Positions 29,236 to 42,297 of a stretch of DNA of 64,000 bases are shown here, piece by piece. The position numbers and the translations under genes were made by a program. The first letter of the stretch is position 1; every line of letters begins with the position of its first letter. The stretch covers positions 11,284,001 through 11,348,000 of the forward strand of contig OX597837.1 in NCBI GenBank assembly GCA_951406725.2, written 5' to 3'. Source of the DNA: Octopus vulgaris. Lineage: Eukaryota. Below the pieces are notes generated by a model, which worked only from the letters and a program-made list of their open reading frames with translations, was not told the origin of the DNA and searched no databases.

Positions 29236-29952
29236 TTACCCTGCGAAACCGCGCTGGTCTCTGGCTTTATCGCGCCTACCACACGAGGAGAAGAGCTGGC
29301 TAGTCTTGGCTGAGAGACTCCTAAATATGATCTCCCGATAAAAGATTTGGCAGTTATGTTACTTTATCTCAACCGTTTCTTTATGAGTGTAATACCAAGA
29401 TAAAAACGCATATCAAAGCAGCACTAACGAAGCTAATAAACTTCCTCTTTTGTTTAAATTTCTTTGGGAAATATTTTCGGAAAGTTTTAAATTTTCATTT
29501 TTCAAAGAACTTTTGAAAAGAACGCATACTCAATCCACTTTTGATAATTATTTGCGAATTTCTTGTCCTGAATATTATGCATAAAACGTAGGAGTCTACA
29601 ATATTGGAAGCAAAACTTCGGTTTACGGTTACTGTGGGAATTTTAAGGAGGAATTTGGAGTTTAAGCTTACGGTTTAGAGCTAAGAATTAAGATTGGGGA
29701 TTATGTTTAAATTTTCAGTACGTTTGTTGGTAGAAGACAGGAAGAAGGAAGTATTTCTAGAGAAGAAAATGGATTTGTGATTTTTAATACGTGCTTACAC
29801 GAATACTAAGAACATTTTCACTCCCTTACCTTTACTCTCTGCCCTTACTTAGGGGTCATTCTAATAACTCTTTTGTCTTAATAACGGTCAATAACACAGT
29901 AATTCCCCTTTTTTTTAACGGTCATTTTCATAGCATATTTTCGATGACCGGA

Positions 29953-30009
29953 TAACTGAAGAGATGGCGGCGTGGGTTTCCACCCCGACATCTGAAACTC
30001 GGTGTTTTA
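29953..30009 (+). ncRNA. Hammerhead-like motif with long GC-rich stem II
   Basis: TAA-CTGAAGA-GATGGCGGCGTGG-GTTT-CCACCCCGACATC-T-GAAAC..GTT-TTA. Confidence 0.55.
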
Positions 30010-30170
30010 CCATGGCTACCGAATAATTGTCCACATATATATATATATATTGTTGTATTTCGGAATGGTCATTTTGCCAGTTTAGCCAATAAAAACACAC
30101 GCACTATATATTTGGTGTTATTTTGCTTCAGTGTTATTTATTTTTTACATTAATCTTAATCTTATTTCAG

Positions 30171-30210
30171 CCAGAGTTCTTTCGTCACACTCCTGTGACC
30201 GCATCAGTGG
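30171..30210 (-). ncRNA. Hammerhead-like A9C variant
   Basis: Minus strand CCA-CTGATGC-G-GTCAC-AGGAGT-GTGAC-GAAAG-AA-CTC-TGG. Confidence 0.55.
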
Positions 30211-30905
30211 TCCTTTGCTTTCTTCTTTCTTATATATGTGTCTCTCCTTACTAACCGTCAGCCATTTTGTATTTCAATTGTATGTGTATTCATTTGCGCA
30301 TGCGTATATCTCTATGTACGTCTATGTTATATATATATGTGTGTGTGTGTATTATGTGTGTATGTGTGTATGCCCGTGTGCGTGGCGCGTGGTCATGTGT
30401 ATATTTTATAGATATATTATGCAAATGTACTTAATTTCGAGGCATTTCTACCTATTGTATGGTAAGGCTTCATTAGCAATAACAATGTGAAGCTGACCAC
30501 GTGCCGGCCAATCATTTTTTCCGCGTACAAACAGACGAAGAATTAGTAGAAAGCATGTCTTCTCTTGAATTCGAAGAAAATAAGGTACATTTTGCTTCAG
30601 GTGGAGTAATTTTGGTACCAAATGAAGCAGAGGAAAGAGTTTAAATATGATATCGGTTCTATTTTCTTGGAATTATTAGCTTCCTCATTATTTGCATCAA
30701 AGAATAGCATCAGTCTCGGGGGGGGGGATAAAACTAGCAGAAGAGGAATCATTATGGTAACAGTTTGGAATCCCATTTCTGAATTTCAAAGAATCACAAC
30801 GACGAAAGAATCAATCCATTTCTTCGGAATTACATGGTTTGGCAGTATCCAGTTGATTGTAATGTCGTATCATCTTAGAAGCAGCAAATGGTCTCCAAAA
30901 TTTTC

Positions 30906-31318
30906 TTTACTCTTTTACTTGTTTCAGTCATTTGAATGCGGCCATGCTGGAGCACCGCCTTTAGTCGAGCAAATCGACACCGGGACTTATTCTTTGTAAG
31001 CCCAGTACTTATTCTATCGGTCTCTTTTGCCGAACCGCTAAGTGAAAGGGACGTAAACACACCAGCATCGGTTGTCAAGCAATGCTAGGGGGACAAACAC
31101 AGACACACAAACAAACACACACACACACACATACATATATATATATACATATATACGACAGGCTTCTTTCAGTTTCCGTCTACCAAATCCACTGACAAGG
31201 CATTGGTCGACCCGGGGCTATAGCAGAAGACACTTGCCCAAGATGCCACGCAGTGGGACTGAACCCGGAACCATGTGGTTGGTTAGCAAGCTACTTACCA
31301 CTCAGCCACTCCTGCGCC
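30906..31318 (-). mobile_element. SINE family A, young full-length copy
   Basis: Nearly identical to 57665-58091; head GGCGCAGGAGTGGCTG, tail (TAAAAGAG)n. Confidence 0.92.
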
Positions 31319-31546
31319 TATGAATATTTTTTAAATAATTCACCAAACTCGATTCCTTCCCTAATGTTCCTTCTGATATTCTTCAACCACTGTTCTTCAT
31401 TCATTGTATTTCATCACACCTCTCTATCGTTCTCTCACTTACATAACCTTGTTCATCGGTTGTGTTCTCTCTTCATATTTTCGTATCTTGATTTTCTCTT
31501 TGATCCAGTTCGGGCCTCAGTTATTTGGTGTGTTATTCTTTAGCAT

Positions 31547-31624
<78 letters not shown>

Positions 31625-31781
31625 ATAAATGTAAAAAAAATACAAACTGGGACAAGAACGCAAAACATTTAGAAGACGATACAAAAAAACGGACGGGACA
31701 TTCGAAGCGTTCGATCTTCAGTCAAGAACCGGATCATCTTCGCAATTTCGGATGATTATACACACATATACACACACACAC

Positions 31782-31842
<61 letters not shown>

Positions 31843-31905
31843 ACAAGTAACAGATTAGAAACGAACGAATTCTGGGAATAAAAGAAAGCTTAAAACAAAA
31901 AGGCA

Positions 31906-31961
<56 letters not shown>

Positions 31962-32156
31962 GGAGTAAACACATAAATGTGAAACAAGGTGGAAAAAAAG
32001 AGTACTCAAATACCAGTGGTAGATAATATTATATATTATATAAGCAGCAGAAAATTCAACAAAATCTGTTATATCTGATATTCATATATGCCGTTCATCA
32101 GACAGTTCTATAAAAACTGTCTGATGAATAATAAACTCATAGTAATATATATGTTG

Positions 32157-32222
<66 letters not shown>

Positions 32223-32461
32223 TGCCTTTTTGTTTTAAGCTTTCTGTTATTCCCAGAATTCGTTCGTTTCTAATCCGTTACTTGTTTCCATCTCACTCTT
32301 TCTCTTCTCGCTTTAAATCTTTTTATCTCGTTTCCTTGTCTTCACTTCCATTTCAATGCTGTTATAATCTGTGAAAAGAACAAAGTTTTTGTCGCGTCTT
32401 GAGAATATCATTATGGCAATACTAAACACAAGTACAGCTTCCGTTACATCTTTTACTTTTA

Positions 32462-32855
32462 CTAGCAGTATCGCCCGGCGTTGCTCGGGTTTGTAAGGGA
32501 AATAACTATATAAGCATTTTTAGAGATGTAAAGTATAACAGCCATCTCAATATGGCTAACCACAAAGGGGGGGTTACTGTAGCTTTTTACGTTCTGAGAT
32601 TTAATAATAAATATTTAGAGAGTTACTTCTCTTATATATGCCAAAAATGCATTAAAAATGGGAAAAATTGATGGCAATTTTTTTTTTTAATCGTAAACTC
32701 TTCGTAGACGCGCGCTAATACCCAGAAGGGCTCGATATGAATCACGACTATAAGATACCCGGTTTTGGTTAAACTGCACCGCAAAATGTGGGAGTAGTTA
32801 GGAATCTAAATCGTAGGAGACAGACAGCACACAACCTTACTTTTATATATAAAGA
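32462..32855 (-). mobile_element. Non-autonomous Helitron
   Basis: Minus strand begins TC, ends CCCGAGCAACGCCGGG hairpin + CTAG, inserted between A and T; second copy 60234-60628. Confidence 0.85.
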
Positions 32856-32882
32856 TTAGTCAACTAATTCCCCATTTGTGAA

Positions 32883-33220
32883 GGCGCGTGGCTTAGTGGT
32901 TAGAGCGTCGAGCTTACGATCGTGAGGTTGTGAATTCGATTCCCGGACCGGGCTGTGTGTTGTGCTCTTGAGCAAGACACTTTACTTCACGTTGCTCCAG
33001 TTCACTCATCTGTAGAAATGAGTTGCGACATCACAGGTGCCAAGCTGTATCGGTCCCTTTGCCTTTCCCTTGGATAACATCAGTAGTGTGGAGAGGGGAG
33101 GCCGGTAATCATGGGTGACTGCTAGCCTTCCATAAACAACCTTGCCCAGACTTGCACCTCGGAGGGTAACTTTCTAGGTGCAATCCCATGGTCATTCATG
33201 ACCGAAAGGGGTCTCCTCCA
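32883..33220 (+). mobile_element. SINE family D (tRNA head GGCGCGTGGCTTAGTGGTTAG)
   Basis: A/B boxes plus CTTGAGCAAGACACTT core; related copies ~9105, 45206-45460, 48680-48780(-), ~53230. Confidence 0.85.
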
Positions 33221-33319
33221 ATTCCCCATTTAACCACTTGTTCGATTAATTGTTAGGGCAGTCAATCAGTCACCCAGGTTCGTCAAAGTCCATTCGACTA
33301 TTTAAGACGTTGTCAATGA

Positions 33320-33800
33320 TGCATGTCTAGTCATTTCATGGTTAGACGAAGTTTATGCAGAGTTGATTCCTTGTAGAAACTTGTTAACTTCTACGACACC
33401 TCTTGAATTTCTTATGGATGAAGATTATTCTTAATGGGATAACTTTCAAAAATCATCTTTTCTTTTTGGTAGATTTATATCTAGAATTTAACGAAATACA
33501 AAACTGCTTGAGAGACAAAAATGTTATCAGTTAATTATTCAAAGCCGAAGAATTCAAATAAGATTCCAAGCTAAAACGTGTCTATTTAAGTATTCATTGC
33601 GATGCAGAAATTACAGTTATTTTTAAAATTTACGGCAGATGGAAGATAGAAAATTTTAAAATAGTGTGCTAACAATATGTATAAATCACACCAGGAAATT
33701 AAAAGAAGACTTGGAAATACGTATTGAGTAACTGGAAAAAAATATAGTTGCCAGAGTGGATCGTTAATATCGTTTAACGAGGAAATAGCAAAATGCAGGC
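33320..33800 (+). pseudogene. Highly degraded hAT (Charlie/SCAND3-like) transposase fragment
   Basis: Frameshifted fragments such as FYDT.LEFL, DLYLEFNEIQ, RFQAK and LPEWIV recall Charlie-type transposases. Confidence 0.5.
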
Positions 33801-35120
33801 ATTGAATCAAAGATGCAACATAAGCTTACTGATGCGTGTAGGGATCTTGATGCTAAATTCTTATTAGGTCGGTTTCTTATGGTCGGTTTCTTATGGTCGG
33901 TTTCTTATGGTCGGTTTACAGGATTACTCGTTTTCGCCAGCTGAGTGGACTGGAGCAATTTGAAATGAAATGTTTTACTCAAGCGCACAATGAACTCAGA
34001 ATGTATTGAACTCAGAACGTAGCGGCAGACGAAATACTGCTACGCATTTCGCCCGGCGTGCTAACGTTTCTGCCAGCTCGCCGCCTTTGGAGCAATATAA
34101 TAAATACCACAGATATATTTAACCCTAAGCTTAGTGCAACAGTTCGAGCGATTTTACTTACATTTTCTAGTTGATGGACAGCTGAAGCAGGTTTTAGCCT
34201 TCGAGGTCACTCTCAACGAAGGAGAAAAACAATGAAGCTGGAGGAGCAAGGCTAAAACTCACTAATTTCCAGCCAAATATCGATGCAGTAACTAAAATTC
34301 GCCAAACATATTCCACGTTAACTAATCCGACCAAAAATCAATAAAATATGATCGAATTTTTTAATTGTTCTTTATCAATTTCGTTAACTATTTTCATCAA
34401 ACTTCTTTAAATATTTATTAATGAAAATGTAATGACTCAAAAGAACGAAAATAAATAATTGTCTTTAATGAAGAATGTTTTTTTTTTCATTAATTACACT
34501 TTTTAATTTTATTTTAGAAATCTAAATCATGTAGCGGGGTTAGGGTGGGGGTCGATAGGTAATCAACAATTTTAGGAAAGGGTCAGACGTATGATGTTTG
34601 TCGATGTCTTGTCTAGAGTAACGCATAAACTAGAATAATCATTTTTAAAAAATGTTTTATTAAATATTTTCCAGAATGAATAATCAAATTTCAAACATTT
34701 GGAAAGTCGATTTCTCTGGAAATTAGACGTAAAATAGGTTAAAGCAACTTCGGAATGGAAACTATTCAGCAAAAAGCATGAAACGATAAAAAAATATAAT
34801 GGTTGGGCTTTAAGTAACGTTAAAAAGGAAACACAGGTAATACACAGGTAATAACATTATGAAAACAATGAGAAAACCTGTATTATTTTGAAAACAGATG
34901 CACTTCAAATTTATGATAGTGTCTGTGCACACACACAAGCACATACACACACACGCACATGCACATATATACTTGGGTATACATATAAAACTATATATAT
35001 ATATATATACATATATGTATGTATATGTATGTTTATATGTGTATGCATATATATATATATGTGTATATATATATGTATGTATATATGTACATGTGTGTGT
35101 GTATGTGTGTGTGTGTGTGT

Positions 35121-35490
35121 GGAGGCGCAATGGCCCAGGGAGTTAGGGCAGCAGACTCGCGGTCGTAGGATCGCGGTTTCGATTCCCAGACCGGGCGTTG
35201 TGAATGTTTACTGAGCAAAAACACCTAAATCTCCATGAGGCTCTGGCAGGGGGTGGAGTGGCGAACCCTGCTGTACACTTTCACCATAACTTTTCTCTCA
35301 CTCTTTCTTCCTGTTTCTCTAGTACTTGTATTTCAAAAGGGCCAGCCTTGTCACATCCTGTGACACGCTGAATCTACTCGAGAACTACGTTAAGGGTACA
35401 CGTGTAACTGTGGAGTGCTCAGCCACTTGCACGTTAATTTCACGAGCAGGCTGTTCCGTTGATCGGATCAACTGGAACCCTCGTCAAAAT
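35121..35490 (+). mobile_element. SINE family C
   Basis: Near-identical to 63646-64000. Confidence 0.88.
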
Positions 35491-35569
35491 GGAACGCTAA
35501 TTACCAGTCGTTAACGTTAATTACATTTAATATAATGCGTTAATATTATTCGCAATCAGTTGTTGTCAC

Positions 35570-36460
35570 TCTGTTCGTGTCTATGGCATGACTGGATGAG
35601 CTTCCTCCATACTGGTCGCTTTCTAACTTGAGTTTGCCATTTATTATGATCAATCTGATCATTATGATCAGGAGTGGCTGTGTGGTAAGTAGCTTGTTTA
35701 CCAACCACACGGTCCCGGGTTCAGTCCCACTGCGTGACACCTTGGGCAAGTGTCTTCTACTATATAGCCTCGGGCTGACCAAAGCCTTGTGAGTGGATTT
35801 GGTAGACGGAAACTGAAAGAAGCCCATCGTATATATGTATATATATATATATTTCTTTACTACCCACAAGGGGCTAAACACAGAGGAGACAAACAAGGAC
35901 AGACAAACGGATTAAGTCGATTACATCAACCCCAGTGCGTAACTGGTACTTAAGTTATCGACCCCGAAAGGATGAAAGGCAAAGTCGACCTCGACGGAAT
36001 TTGAACTCAGAACGTAACAGCAGACAAAATACGGCTACGCATTTCGCCCGGCGTGCTAACGTTTCTGCCAGCTCGCCGCATATGTGTGTGTGTGTGCATG
36101 TATGTTTGTGTGTTTGTGTTTGTCCCCCTAGCATCGCTTGACAACCGATGCTGGTGTGTTTATGTCCCCGTCGCTTAGCGGTTCGGCAAAAGAGACCGAT
36201 AGAATAAGTACTGGGCTTACACTGAATAAGTCCCGGGGTCGAGTTGATCGACTAAAAAGGAGGTGCTCCAGCATGGCCGCAGTCAAATAACTGAAACAAG
36301 TAAAAGAGTAAAAGAGAGTAAAGAGAGTAACTCCTTCCCACTTCGTATTCCGTTATGCAGTATCTTTGAATCTCAGTCTAGGTCCTCCCCGGTTTCTTTT
36401 CCCCCTGCATGGTTGGGCGTATAGGGTTTTGTCTGGGGCGTCTGCCTGTTGTTGTGCATC
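35570..36460 (-). mobile_element. RTE-clade LINE 3' fragment interrupted by nested SINEs
   Basis: Minus strand PDKTLYAQ..GKRNRGGPRLRFKDTA (36330-36450) continues at 35655 as [11 protein letters not shown]; related fragment at 37372-37470(+). Confidence 0.7.
35669..36328 (+). mobile_element. SINE family A containing an inverted SINE family B (35851-36078)
   Basis: Family B sits in the internal (TA)n tract of family A. Confidence 0.88.
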
Positions 36461-36683
36461 CTGTGTACCTCACGTAATTCCTATCCACGAGGAACTTAGG
36501 CAGAACAGAACGCTGTAGGATCTTTTCGTTCCCGAACTAGTCAAAGAGAGTGATATTCATAATTCGTCGCTGCTGCCTCATTATTTATATATGAAACTTG
36601 CCTACTTGGACTTTATAGGCCGTCAAATTTTCAGCGCTATGCCCTCGTGTACCGAATATTTCACACATATTCTTGATAAATTA

Positions 36684-37052
36684 CGGAGGTGTACTCGCAT
36701 AGCAAGTGATTTGATCTGAGATCGTGTGCTGGAACGAAAACAATTGCAGCGTGGAAGGTGTTAGTAAGCCATTTAAGAAACACACAAAAGCCGTTCGATT
36801 CACTGCAACATTTAAGTTTAATTTGTCAAAATATTTTCGTCGCTAAAATCCGCGACGTGTTCACTGACAAAGTCCGTGCTGCATCTCGATTAACATGCAT
36901 CGTAGAGATGCAGCACGGATTTTTGTCAGTGAACACGTCGCGGATTTTAGCGACGAAAATATTTTGACAAATTAAACTTAAATGTTGAAGTGAATCGAAC
37001 GGCTTTTGTGTGTTTCTTAAATGGCTTACTAACACCTTCCACGCTGCAATTG
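36684..37052. mobile_element. Palindromic insertion with 13-bp target-site duplication (Penelope-like inverted pseudo-LTR)
   Basis: Arms 36740-36887/36905-37053; TCTTGATAAATTA at 36671-36683 and 37053-37065. Confidence 0.85.
36922..36971 (+). ncRNA. Hammerhead motif with G3:C8 swapped core (mirror copy 36822-36871 minus)
   Basis: TTTGTCA-GTGAACA-C-GTCGC-GGATTTTA-GCGAC-GAAA-ATAT-TT-TGACAAA. Confidence 0.65.
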
Positions 37053-37606
37053 TCTTGATAAATTATACAACCACAATATCACTAATGTCTGGTGGCGCTG
37101 AAGTGTCAATTTATCGAAGGTCGCCGCTCCAGACCTTTCCATAAACAGGAAGAATAGTCCATAACATGTTAATAAATGTTATTTAACAATTTCCTTAGCC
37201 TACAACTGTGTCTGCTACTTTAAAATGTGCACACTGTGTTAAGTGTGATGTCTTGTAGCTTCCTGAGAGCCATTCGAATGACGATTTCATATATATGTTT
37301 GCTTCTCTCAGTATATATATATTTGCCATACGCATATATTGCTGGTTTAGAGAAGTGCCAAATCGTATAGTATAGACTAAGATCCAAAGATATTGCAAAC
37401 AGGAATATGGAGTGGGAAGGAATTGATCATAATAAGTGGCAAACTCAAGTGGGAAAGCGACAGGCATGGGGAAAATTTATATATACGCATACACACATAC
37501 ACACACACGCACATACATACATACATACATACATACATACATACACACATATATATATTCATACATACATACATAGATACATACATACATACATACATAC
37601 ATATAC

Positions 37607-37681
<75 letters not shown>

Positions 37682-37773
37682 TATAGGGAGAATTCATAAA
37701 AAAGCAAAAGACGAAGACAGGTGGTGGAGAAAACAAACAGATGTATTAGTATAACGTTCTGGAATTGAAAAAG

Positions 37774-37811
37774 TCTTTTACGTTTCGAGCCTACGCTCTT
37801 CTACAGAAAGG
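37774..37811 (-). ncRNA. Hammerhead-like A6U variant
   Basis: Minus strand CCTTT-CTGTAGA-A-GAGC-GTAG-GCTC-GAAAC-GTA-AAAGA. Confidence 0.6.
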
Positions 37812-38573
37812 AACACAGAAAGAAACAAGGAGAGAAACTAGGAGAGAAAAAAATGTGTGTAGTGGCTAGCGATCTATCATATATATAAAATTCATAAACT
37901 ACCAAAAAAACTAATAAACAAATATAAAAAAGTCTTGATCTGTGCATGTTTCTCGTTTATCCTGATGAGGTGGCGGGGATCATCGTTGCGATGCATTTTA
38001 GTGTAGATAAGCTGCGCTGGTGAGCTCCCGAAATGTTCATAGATCTATGTGAATGTTGAATTTGACCTATGAAGTCTGCTTATCATGAAATTTTGGACGT
38101 ACTTGTGTGAGGGGAGTAAAAGACTTTTTCAAATATTAAAAAAAAAATTTGTAATTTAAAAAAATATCTTAATCGCCTGATAAAACATTTTTAGTCGGTG
38201 GACATTTATTTTACTTTATATAATTTTTTTCACCTTTGCTTATTTTATATTTCTCTCAAGTTTTTTTGATAGTTTATGAATTTTTAGCCGTTTATATCTA
38301 AATTTTTGATAAGCCGTTCTATTTGTATTTTATTCGATTATATATATTTACCTTGTGTGATTTTGTGCATAAGTATTATTATTTTTTTTGTGTAGACCAT
38401 GGTGTTTTTTTTATATATATGATTAGATGTTTGAGGGGTGGGGTTGTATGTCATTGACCCAAATTCAATGTTTGTTCTACAACCAATGCTTCTTTATCCT
38501 CGTCTCATTTATATTTCAGCACTTTTGCACTCTTTTGTTTCTATAAAAGAAACAAATATTGTTTCTTGTTGTG

Positions 38574-38624
<51 letters not shown>

Positions 38625-38774
38625 CTTTACTACCCACAAGGGGCTACACACAGAGGGGACAAACAAGGACAGACAAACGGATTAAGTCGATTACATTGCG
38701 TAACTGGTCTTAATTTATCGACCCCGAAAGGATGAAAGGCAAAATATAAAGACAGACAAATGTTTCATTTGCGT

Positions 38775-38864
<90 letters not shown>

Positions 38865-39166
38865 ATAATATATAGACAGTAACTGCTCGATAACATAGTT
38901 ATCGAGCAGTTATATATATATATATATGTCGAACAGATTTCGAAATCAGCAAATGTATGAAAATCTATATATGAATAACCTGCAGAGTGAGATTTCGTAG
39001 GCCTACCACACGTTGACGATATACACCTTGAAACCATGGTCCGTGTGTGGTTTCCGCTTCATACAGGTTAAAGACATATATACGTCGATGTTCGCCTGGG
39101 GCTAAATGCAACAGTAACACCCCACCACCCTGCCCTGTCCCTAGCCATATCAGATGGCTTTATATG

Positions 39167-39221
<55 letters not shown>

Positions 39222-39239
39222 CTCTTTACTCTTTTACTG

Positions 39240-39560
39240 GGTAGTAAAGAAATAGGTATTACGTTCTAAGTTCAAATTCCACCGAGGTCGACTTTGCCTT
39301 TCATCCTTTCGGGGTCGATTAAATAAGTACCAGTTACGCACTGGGATAGATGTAATCGACTTAATCTGTCTGTCTGTCCTTGTTTGTCCCCTCTGTGTTT
39401 AGTCCCTTGTGGGCAGTAAAGAAATAGGTATTACGTTCTGAGTTCAAATTCCGCCGAGATCGGCTTTGCTTTTCTTCCCTTTCGGGGTCGATAAAATAGG
39501 TACCAGTTAGAGCGTTGGGGTCGATGTAATCAACTGGGCCCCAAAATTGTTGGCCTTGTG
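39240..39560 (+). mobile_element. Tandem SINE family B fragments
   Basis: Two successive copies of TACGTTCT.AGTTCAAATTCC.CCGAG..GGGGTCGAT; a further fragment at 38620-38745(-). Confidence 0.8.
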
Positions 39561-39699
39561 CCAAAAAATGAAACCAATAACAAGAATGTCAATAATTATA
39601 GTTAGGAAGTATAATTATGAAGTATAATGGGAGAAAAAATTATAATTATTTAATAAATATATTGAGAAATGCAGATGAGAATTTAATGATATTCTTTCA

Positions 39700-40360
39700 C
39701 TTAATTGAAGGAGTTTAAACAATGTATGAGGCGTGTCATTGATTTAAGGAACGCAGTAAATATCGATGTTCAAAATGCAGTGAATGAAAATAATGATGAA
39801 GAATAGTTTAATGGGAGGAGTAGATGTGTGACATTTGCTAGTAAAAATGGAAGCGAAATAATTGCCATAGTAGCAACGCGGATAGGCACAGCAAGACATC
39901 GGTTAATCGAAAAGGTAATGATGGACATTTGGATTCTGTTAACATGGAAAAAACCCTGTAGTAGCAACACCTTAAACAATGGATCTCAGTGACATCATAA
40001 TAGGAATAATTGAATTGCTGAGAGAAATCTTGATATTAGTAGTTACAGCAAACATCGCGGAAGCGCATGCGATGCCAAGATATGCAGCCGTAAGATATTT
40101 GGTAATTGCCTCTCGAGCGGTAATCGTTGATGATACACCGAGGCGTATAAATGAGATGTCCTTAACAAACAGCAGAATTCCACAACAAATACAGGGTGTC
40201 TCAAAAAAATGCATACACACCTTAAATAATTGTAAATTTGTTATTCTTTGTAAGCGTAGTACTTATTCTATCGTTCTCTTTTGCCGAACCATTATGTGTA
40301 TACATTTTTTTGGGGGACACCCTGTATATGAAGATATCACCGTTAACTTAAAGCGTTGAT
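39700..40360 (-). pseudogene. Class A GPCR-like pseudogene (molluscan chemoreceptor/FMRFamide-receptor-like)
   Basis: Hydrophobic stretches ICCGILL..ISFIRLG, KYLTAAYLG, TM3-like SIITFSINRCLAV.P and IISLPFLL; frameshifts, stops and a MITE insertion. Confidence 0.5.
40192..40324. mobile_element. Tc1-type MITE, TA-flanked
   Basis: TIRs CAGGGTGTCTCAAAAAAATGCATACACA / TGTGTATACATTTTTTTGGGGGACACCCTG; TA on both sides. Confidence 0.85.
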
Positions 40361-40545
40361 ACGAGTTGTATTCCAGATATCTTAAAACTAAGATTATAAG
40401 GAATAATAACATACCGTGTGGTATGACCATCAATAATAATGGTTAGACCATTATTGACAGTGTAATCATTATTAATGGAATTCCATATCAAAGAAATACA
40501 ATTTGCTCCATACAATTTGTGTTAATGAATTCATTATATATGTAT

Positions 40546-40579
<34 letters not shown>

Positions 40580-40583
<4 letters not shown>

Positions 40584-40815
40584 AGTTAAAGAAGAATGTT
40601 ACGATCGGGAAGGTGTGTCACAATGACCTTTTTGTGTGCAGTTTGTGACAGGTCATGTCTTTCTTTTTCTGGGATCAAATCTCATTTGCGGACCCATGGA
40701 AAACGAAACCCCACCAACTATTCCGCCTATGTGTCTGTGCACACCTTTCAATGCAGTGTATTATTGTTGTTGTCGTTGGCATCCTTTTGTCTCGGGAGAC
40801 AATGGAGTTGCACAT
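40580..40815 (+). mobile_element. RTE-clade LINE 3' end with terminal C2H2 finger
   Basis: FLCAVCDRSCLSFSGIKSHLRTH, the single C-terminal finger typical of RTE/BovB-like ORFs; starts at a (GA)n tract. Confidence 0.65.
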
Positions 40816-41668
40816 AAACTAATCCAGTCTGGATTTTACATTTCATGTCCTCTCCAGTTTTGTGCAGGCCTGGGTTAGATGTAAGAAAATCCTGGGTAGC
40901 CCAATCAGCAAGATTCCTCTCTCGACCTTGCTGACTTAGTCCAAAGGAGTGCAGAGCATTACGTTTGGCACCAACTTTGGTTGCAGGAGCTGCCGGAATA
41001 GTGTCGAGTCAAACACTAAACCGCCTACAGGGCACCACTTTCTTTGTAGGTTGTCTCCTTTCCGTAACCGTAGATAGGGGCCCATACCGGGTACTGTCAG
41101 CCAGAGCCAGCCGAGCCCGGAACTCGTGTCAGGCGGGGTCATCACTCTCTGAAGTAGTGAAGAAAATCGCTATCCACTACCTAAATATATATATATATAA
41201 TTAATAATAATAATATTAGGGAATAAATCCAAACTTACAGGGAAAAATTAGATTTAGAATTAAATCCAATTTTATAGTATAAATATATTATATTATATTA
41301 AATTAGAGATAAAACCACTATTAGGCAAATCAAACAGTGAAAAACATAAGCCAATACATAAAAATTAATTTAAAAATATAAAAGATAAAATTAAATTATT
41401 TAAATAATTTAAACTTATAAATTTTAAATATATATATACAGATATATATATATATATCACACCAGTGGTCTAGCATTAAAAAAAAACTGAGGGTACAGTA
41501 AAACTGTATTATATATATATATTAGAGGGAAACCGGTAATTTAGCGCGCCAAAACGAGGACATTTAAAATAGTAGCCACGAGTGTAATAGGTAGGACTGT
41601 TTTTACAAGTCTGACTTTGTGCGGACGTCTTAGTATGCAGTCCTGCAAATAATATTTACCTTGGACGG

Positions 41669-41740
41669 TCGTACCGATGATCTACGGACAATTACGTAAG
41701 TAAGATTACGTAATTTGTTGATAGTGAAACATGTATACGA
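41669..41740 (+). ncRNA. Hammerhead-like U4C variant
   Basis: TCGTA-CCGATGA-TCTA..AATTACG..CGTAATT..TAGT-GAAAC-AT-GTA-TACGA; stem I TCGTA/TACGA. Confidence 0.65.
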
Positions 41741-41886
41741 ATAATCCATATTTTTATTACTTTTTCCTTTGTCTGCTCGATTAACGTTTTGGTTGTTTTG
41801 CTAAATTTTTCTTGAGAACATTTCTTAGTGGTGAGACCGTAGCGGATCTATTTCTAGCATAAGGGTGTCCACATAGTGGTTTCCCC

Positions 41887-41937
<51 letters not shown>

Positions 41938-42260
41938 AACTGTGTACGTAGGTTGGAGCTAGACAGATGTATTCTACTTTCCTAGTAGGTGTGTGTATCA
42001 TATTCTATTTAATGTATTATCTATTACTGTTTCTTATGAACATGTTTGCAAGAGGTGTATATACCTGCATCTACAACTAGATATATACATGTATATTTTG
42101 TACTTTTGATTTTGCTAATTTATTTCTGTCTTTAGAAGATGTAAGCGTGCATATAAGAAGTGGATATGAGTGCATGTATAGAGATATGCGTATATATATC
42201 ATTTCTACCTCATCATGCTATTTCTTTCTTGGCTCTACTGCAGTAAGAATGTACATAAGA

Positions 42261-42297
<37 letters not shown>

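Noticed and set aside
30530-30900. Unique island and ORF 30622-30999 as an exon
   Set aside because: No recognisable motif, and the ORF runs into a SINE.
32883-32950. tRNA genes at SINE heads (also 35121, 45206, 52305, 63646)
   Set aside because: No complete cloverleaf or acceptor stem; each continues into a repeat body.
33867-33917. Short tandem repeats (14-bp x3 here, 14-bp at ~42693-42775, 13-bp x3 at ~46101-46146)
   Set aside because: Ordinary slippage duplications with no further structure.
40626-40705. Host C2H2 zinc-finger gene
   Set aside because: Single finger without TGEKP linkers; better explained as an RTE C-terminus.
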